A DNA stretch of 10,371 nt from Candidatus Heimdallarchaeota archaeon (GTDB lineage Archaea; Asgardarchaeota; Heimdallarchaeia; Heimdallarchaeales; Kariarchaeaceae), in the NCBI GenBank assembly GCA_015523565.1, contig WAKA01000118.1, forward strand, positions 1 through 10,371, written 5' to 3'. Position numbers and translations under genes: made by a program. This document shows positions 7,356-10,371 of the stretch, in pieces (positions within the stretch are counted from its first letter, which is position 1; every line of letters starts with the position of its first letter). The notes below the pieces were generated by a model. That model was given only the letters and a program-made list of their open reading frames with translations. It did no database searches and was not told the DNA's origin.

Positions 7356-7847
7356 TTAGAACACCACACCAATCTCAACTAAATAATCCAGCAATTTTAA
7401 TGAGGGAATGCCATACTTTGCCGCAATCCAAGGGATTTTTTCAGGAGCATTCTTTTCTTCAGTTATTATTTTAACAGTTGGTTTTTCCAGAAAAATGTTA
7501 ATGTTATTAGAATAGGCAATAGCCAAAGAAATAATATGGGGGTCTGCATGATATTTTACCTTTTTATTCCCTTTTGAGGCCAGCTTAGGGAATTCATTAA
7601 GGAGATCTTTCATTGTGGCATACATCTCAACATTTTCTACGATTGCATTTGGAAATTTTGAGACCCAATCATAAATCAATGGATTTCCCAACGTCAACTC
7701 AAAATATACTTCTTTTGGCAGTACCAATCTCTTTGTAATGAATTCCTTTTCCATAGCCTTCCAAAATTTGTCGAATTTAAAATATCCTTGGGGATAATGC
7801 TTTAGTGCAGACAGGCTATTTGTATCAATGATATAGATTTTTCTCAG
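7356..7847 (-). CDS. DUF4411-type PIN-domain ribonuclease (putative toxin), about 163 aa; the start is upstream of the ORF-track call
   Basis: The frame is open upstream of ATG7754: LRKIYIIDTNSLSALKHYPQGYFKFDKFWKAMEK...EVYFEL...HADPHIISLA...IITEE...KIPWIA, giving the full PIN acidic set (DTN, E, ADP, TEE). The best start candidate is CTG7847 after AAGGGGGA. The stop is 2 bp before the ImmA/IrrE start. Confidence 0.85.
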   Translation of the reverse strand: MRKIYIIDTNSLSALKHYPQGYFKFDKFWKAMEKEFITKRLVLPKEVYFELTLGNPLIYDWVSKFPNAIVENVEMYATMKDLLNEFPKLASKGNKKVKYHADPHIISLAIAYSNNINIFLEKPTVKIITEEKNAPEKIPWIAAKYGIPSLKLLDYLVEIGVVF

Positions 7848-8146
7848 GAAAATCCCCCTTTTACTTGTAAGATATTATTCTCCTCCATAAGCAAATCATA
7901 AATAAATGTTTTGTAGGAAATGATACAAAATCCCAACAAATATAGAGAAATGCTCCATTTTTAAGGAAGCAATATAGTTAATTGGGTTATAAAAGACAAA
8001 TCAGTATCGAATGGTGATGAATTTTTTATGATGATTTATTCATGCCTGTTATAATGTGGCAAATCCATACGTCACTTATGAATCTTAAAAGATATGAAAA
8101 GTTCACCTGACCAATCCTTAAAAGGAAATTCATTCCAGCCAAAGAT

Positions 8147-8533
8147 ATGGAGGAATATGTACAGAAAGTCAAAGCTGAAATTGAGGGATTGCATCAGTTT
8201 TTCACGGAGTGGTTCAATGGAAAACTTGAGGAAAGCAGTTTTGCAAGGGTGGAAAACGCTTTGCATAGGGATTTTGAATTGGTTACACCAAGGGGAGAAC
8301 ATTTCAATCGGGATGAGATACTGACCCTTATCAGAAATGCGAAGGGGACAGATCCCCAGAGGAAGATTTGGACAGAATTCGTTTCCTGCAAGAGGGTTGA
8401 CAATATTGCAATTGCCCTTTATTATGAGATGCAGGAGCAAGGAGATAAGCAAACGAGGAGACTGAGCACGGCAGTCTTCACTATTGGCACCAGTCTGAAG
8501 TGGCTACATGTACACGAGACATGGGCAGATTGA
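8147..8533 (+). CDS. NTF2/SnoaL-like fold protein (DUF4440-like), 128 aa
   Basis: EIEGLHQFFTEWFNG...LHRDFELVTPRG...YYEMQ...RLSTAVF...LKWLHVHETW pattern. TTAAAA at 8118-8123 sits at TATA distance. Confidence 0.85.
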   Translation: MEEYVQKVKAEIEGLHQFFTEWFNGKLEESSFARVENALHRDFELVTPRGEHFNRDEILTLIRNAKGTDPQRKIWTEFVSCKRVDNIAIALYYEMQEQGDKQTRRLSTAVFTIGTSLKWLHVHETWAD

Positions 8534-8846
8534 GTTTCAGAATTGCATATATTGGACACGGATTTCAATGATTTTGTCAGGCCAATAGACCTGTGGATTG
8601 CCTCAAACATTTGATCCCATCCCCTTACTACATTTTTGATTGCATGATGAAGCAGATTTTCGACTTTGCTTAAACAGACATAGTTGGATACGGCATCATT
8701 GTTGATTAGTTTAATACCAACACAAAAAATGTTCAAATTTATCCTAAAAACAATTTGACACGAGCAACGTAGACATGTTGATTTTGACAAATCCAATGCA
8801 CTTTCCGTATATTTAAAAACAAACCTGTTTTAAAGGGGTGTGAAAA

Positions 8847-10371
8847 ATGATTTCATATTTGGAACTAAAAATGTGGGGATTGAAAAAAATTACCATATCC
8901 TTGTTTCTTATTTTTGTTATGATTTTCAGCTATTCAATGTTTGTCCAAAAGCAAATTGATGGTCACATAAATGCAATCAACACAGGGGATGAGGCCATCG
9001 ATTTGTCAGCATCATTTTCATTCCCATACAACTCAGATAAATTTGAGGGATTTAAGGCAAGAATTTCAAAAATAAGAGACATTGATCGATGGGACTACTA
9101 TTTTTCAAATGTTGATGAGGTCGAGATCAATGTGTCAGGAACTGTAAAAACATTTCGAGCGGTCACGTTTTACTTGTCGGACAATCTGTGGGATTATTTT
9201 GGCGTCAATGGGGACATTGTTTTCTATAATTCGATTGGGTTGACCTTGCCCGACAGCAATACCAGTGCATTTTTCAAGGCAAGGAATGAAAGTTTTGCAC
9301 TCAGTTCCACATATTATTCATCACCCATTTCACAAAAATCGGAATTTCGGGCAGAATACACACATGCCATTTTTTTCATGAATTATAAAAAAATGCCAGC
9401 AGACGTTGTTGAGGACGCCATCCAAATTTATGAGATGAATGCAAGAAAACCATCCATTACATTCAGGCTTTTTGGTTATCTTGATGCATCCATCCCGTCA
9501 AATCAAATAAGGGGGACAATTCAGGAAATTAAGGATGAAATTACCACAATAATTGATGAAACGGGAATATTTCCTGATTTTGAGTTTAGGACATCTAGAC
9601 TTGAGAATTCAGTATATTCCATGGAACTGGGGGTAATTTTAGACTTAGTTGAAAAGCAGTTGGGATTTTTCATTGTCGCATATCTTGTTATAGAGTTTGG
9701 ATTTGCCGTTTATGTTTGGTCTCTCATAGATCAGTTGAAACATGAAATTTCACTTTTGATTGATCGGGGCATTCCTCCGAACAGGTTGATATTAAGTATA
9801 TTTATAGGTTATTCATTCCCTGCAATTTTAGGGTATGTAATTGTAAGGGTCATATCAATTGTAATTTCCATGTCGGAAATTGTAATCAGCAATGTCATTG
9901 ATGCCCTTATCCTGCCATTTCTTTTATCGTATTTGACATTAGTCAATGCCATATTGGCAGTCAATCTCAACAGGATTAAGGCAATACATCTGCCACCAAG
10001 GCTAAAATCAGGGAAATTCAAGATGAAATACCTGATATATGTTTTTGTTGGTAGTTTTATCATAACTGCCACCCTCATTTCTACATTTGTGATCTTGGGG
10101 GTAATGTCCAACACTTTATCAGAGGAAACCCTGTCAATACCAATTTCAATCTTCACGTTTACATTTTTCACAGTGGTTGCGTATAAATATCCCTCAATTT
10201 TCCTTTTTCAGAAAAACCCATATCGTAGGGGAATGATGTTGCAGGTGTTTCATCGGAAACGTTTAGCCTTATTCATTTTGACATTTCTCGTCTTTTTCCA
10301 AATGTTTAGTGTGGCAGAGCTATACGGACCTTATGTAACTACAGGCAGATCAAGCCCAATACCTTTTGGGG
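8847..10371 (+). CDS. FtsX/MacB-like ABC transporter permease, 5' part (at least 508 aa, runs off the window)
   Basis: Manual translation from ATG8847 (after GGGGTGTGA) found no stop: MISYLELKMWGLKKITISLFLIFVMIFSYSMFVQK, then a soluble domain of about 230 aa, a TM helix, the coupling-helix-like KHEISLLIDRGIPPNRLILSIF, and several more TM helices. The ORF track omits it because it has no stop in the window. Confidence 0.8.
   Translation, partial: MISYLELKMWGLKKITISLFLIFVMIFSYSMFVQKQIDGHINAINTGDEAIDLSASFSFPYNSDKFEGFKARISKIRDIDRWDYYFSNVDEVEINVSGTVKTFRAVTFYLSDNLWDYFGVNGDIVFYNSIGLTLPDSNTSAFFKARNESFALSSTYYSSPISQKSEFRAEYTHAIFFMNYKKMPADVVEDAIQIYEMNARKPSITFRLFGYLDASIPSNQIRGTIQEIKDEITTIIDETGIFPDFEFRTSRLENSVYSMELGVILDLVEKQLGFFIVAYLVIEFGFAVYVWSLIDQLKHEISLLIDRGIPPNRLILSIFIGYSFPAILGYVIVRVISIVISMSEIVISNVIDALILPFLLSYLTLVNAILAVNLNRIKAIHLPPRLKSGKFKMKYLIYVFVGSFIITATLISTFVILGVMSNTLSEETLSIPISIFTFTFFTVVAYKYPSIFLFQKNPYRRGMMLQVFHRKRLALFILTFLVFFQMFSVAELYGPYVTTGRSSPIPFG

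Noticed and set aside
8422-8796. 124-aa minus-strand ORF with a CLRC motif
   Set aside because: TTG start, 112-bp antisense overlap with the DUF4440-like gene and no recognisable domain. It cannot be fully excluded as a remnant.

Overview
AT-rich prokaryotic window that looks archaeal: TATA boxes about 25-30 nt ahead of several starts, a sequon-rich membrane protein, and a wHTH-plus-TM regulator and FtsX-like permease of types I associate with TACK/Asgard genomes. The taxonomy is inference. Left to right: (1) a decayed two-gene membrane-protein operon (298-1105) scrambled by a 433-bp internal inversion between 5-bp inverted repeats, where flipping 481-913 back restores both reading frames; (2) a minus-strand operon encoding a single-pass extracellular glycoprotein and a membrane-tethered winged-HTH regulator, with tandem TTTGAA-N7-TTCAAA palindromes just upstream of its TATA box; (3) an MMPL/RND C-terminal remnant; (4) type II NADH dehydrogenase; (5) a 12-TM His-motif NnrS-like/heme-copper-oxidase-fold membrane protein; (6) a DUF4411 PIN plus HTH-ImmA/IrrE metallopeptidase putative toxin-antitoxin pair whose PIN gene has no ATG/GTG/TTG start ahead of its catalytic motif; (7) an NTF2/DUF4440-like protein; (8) a long FtsX/MacB-like permease ORF (8847 to the window end) that the ORF track missed. 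No rRNA, tRNA, CRISPR array or transposase was recognised. Family assignments come from motif recognition only; no database search was run.
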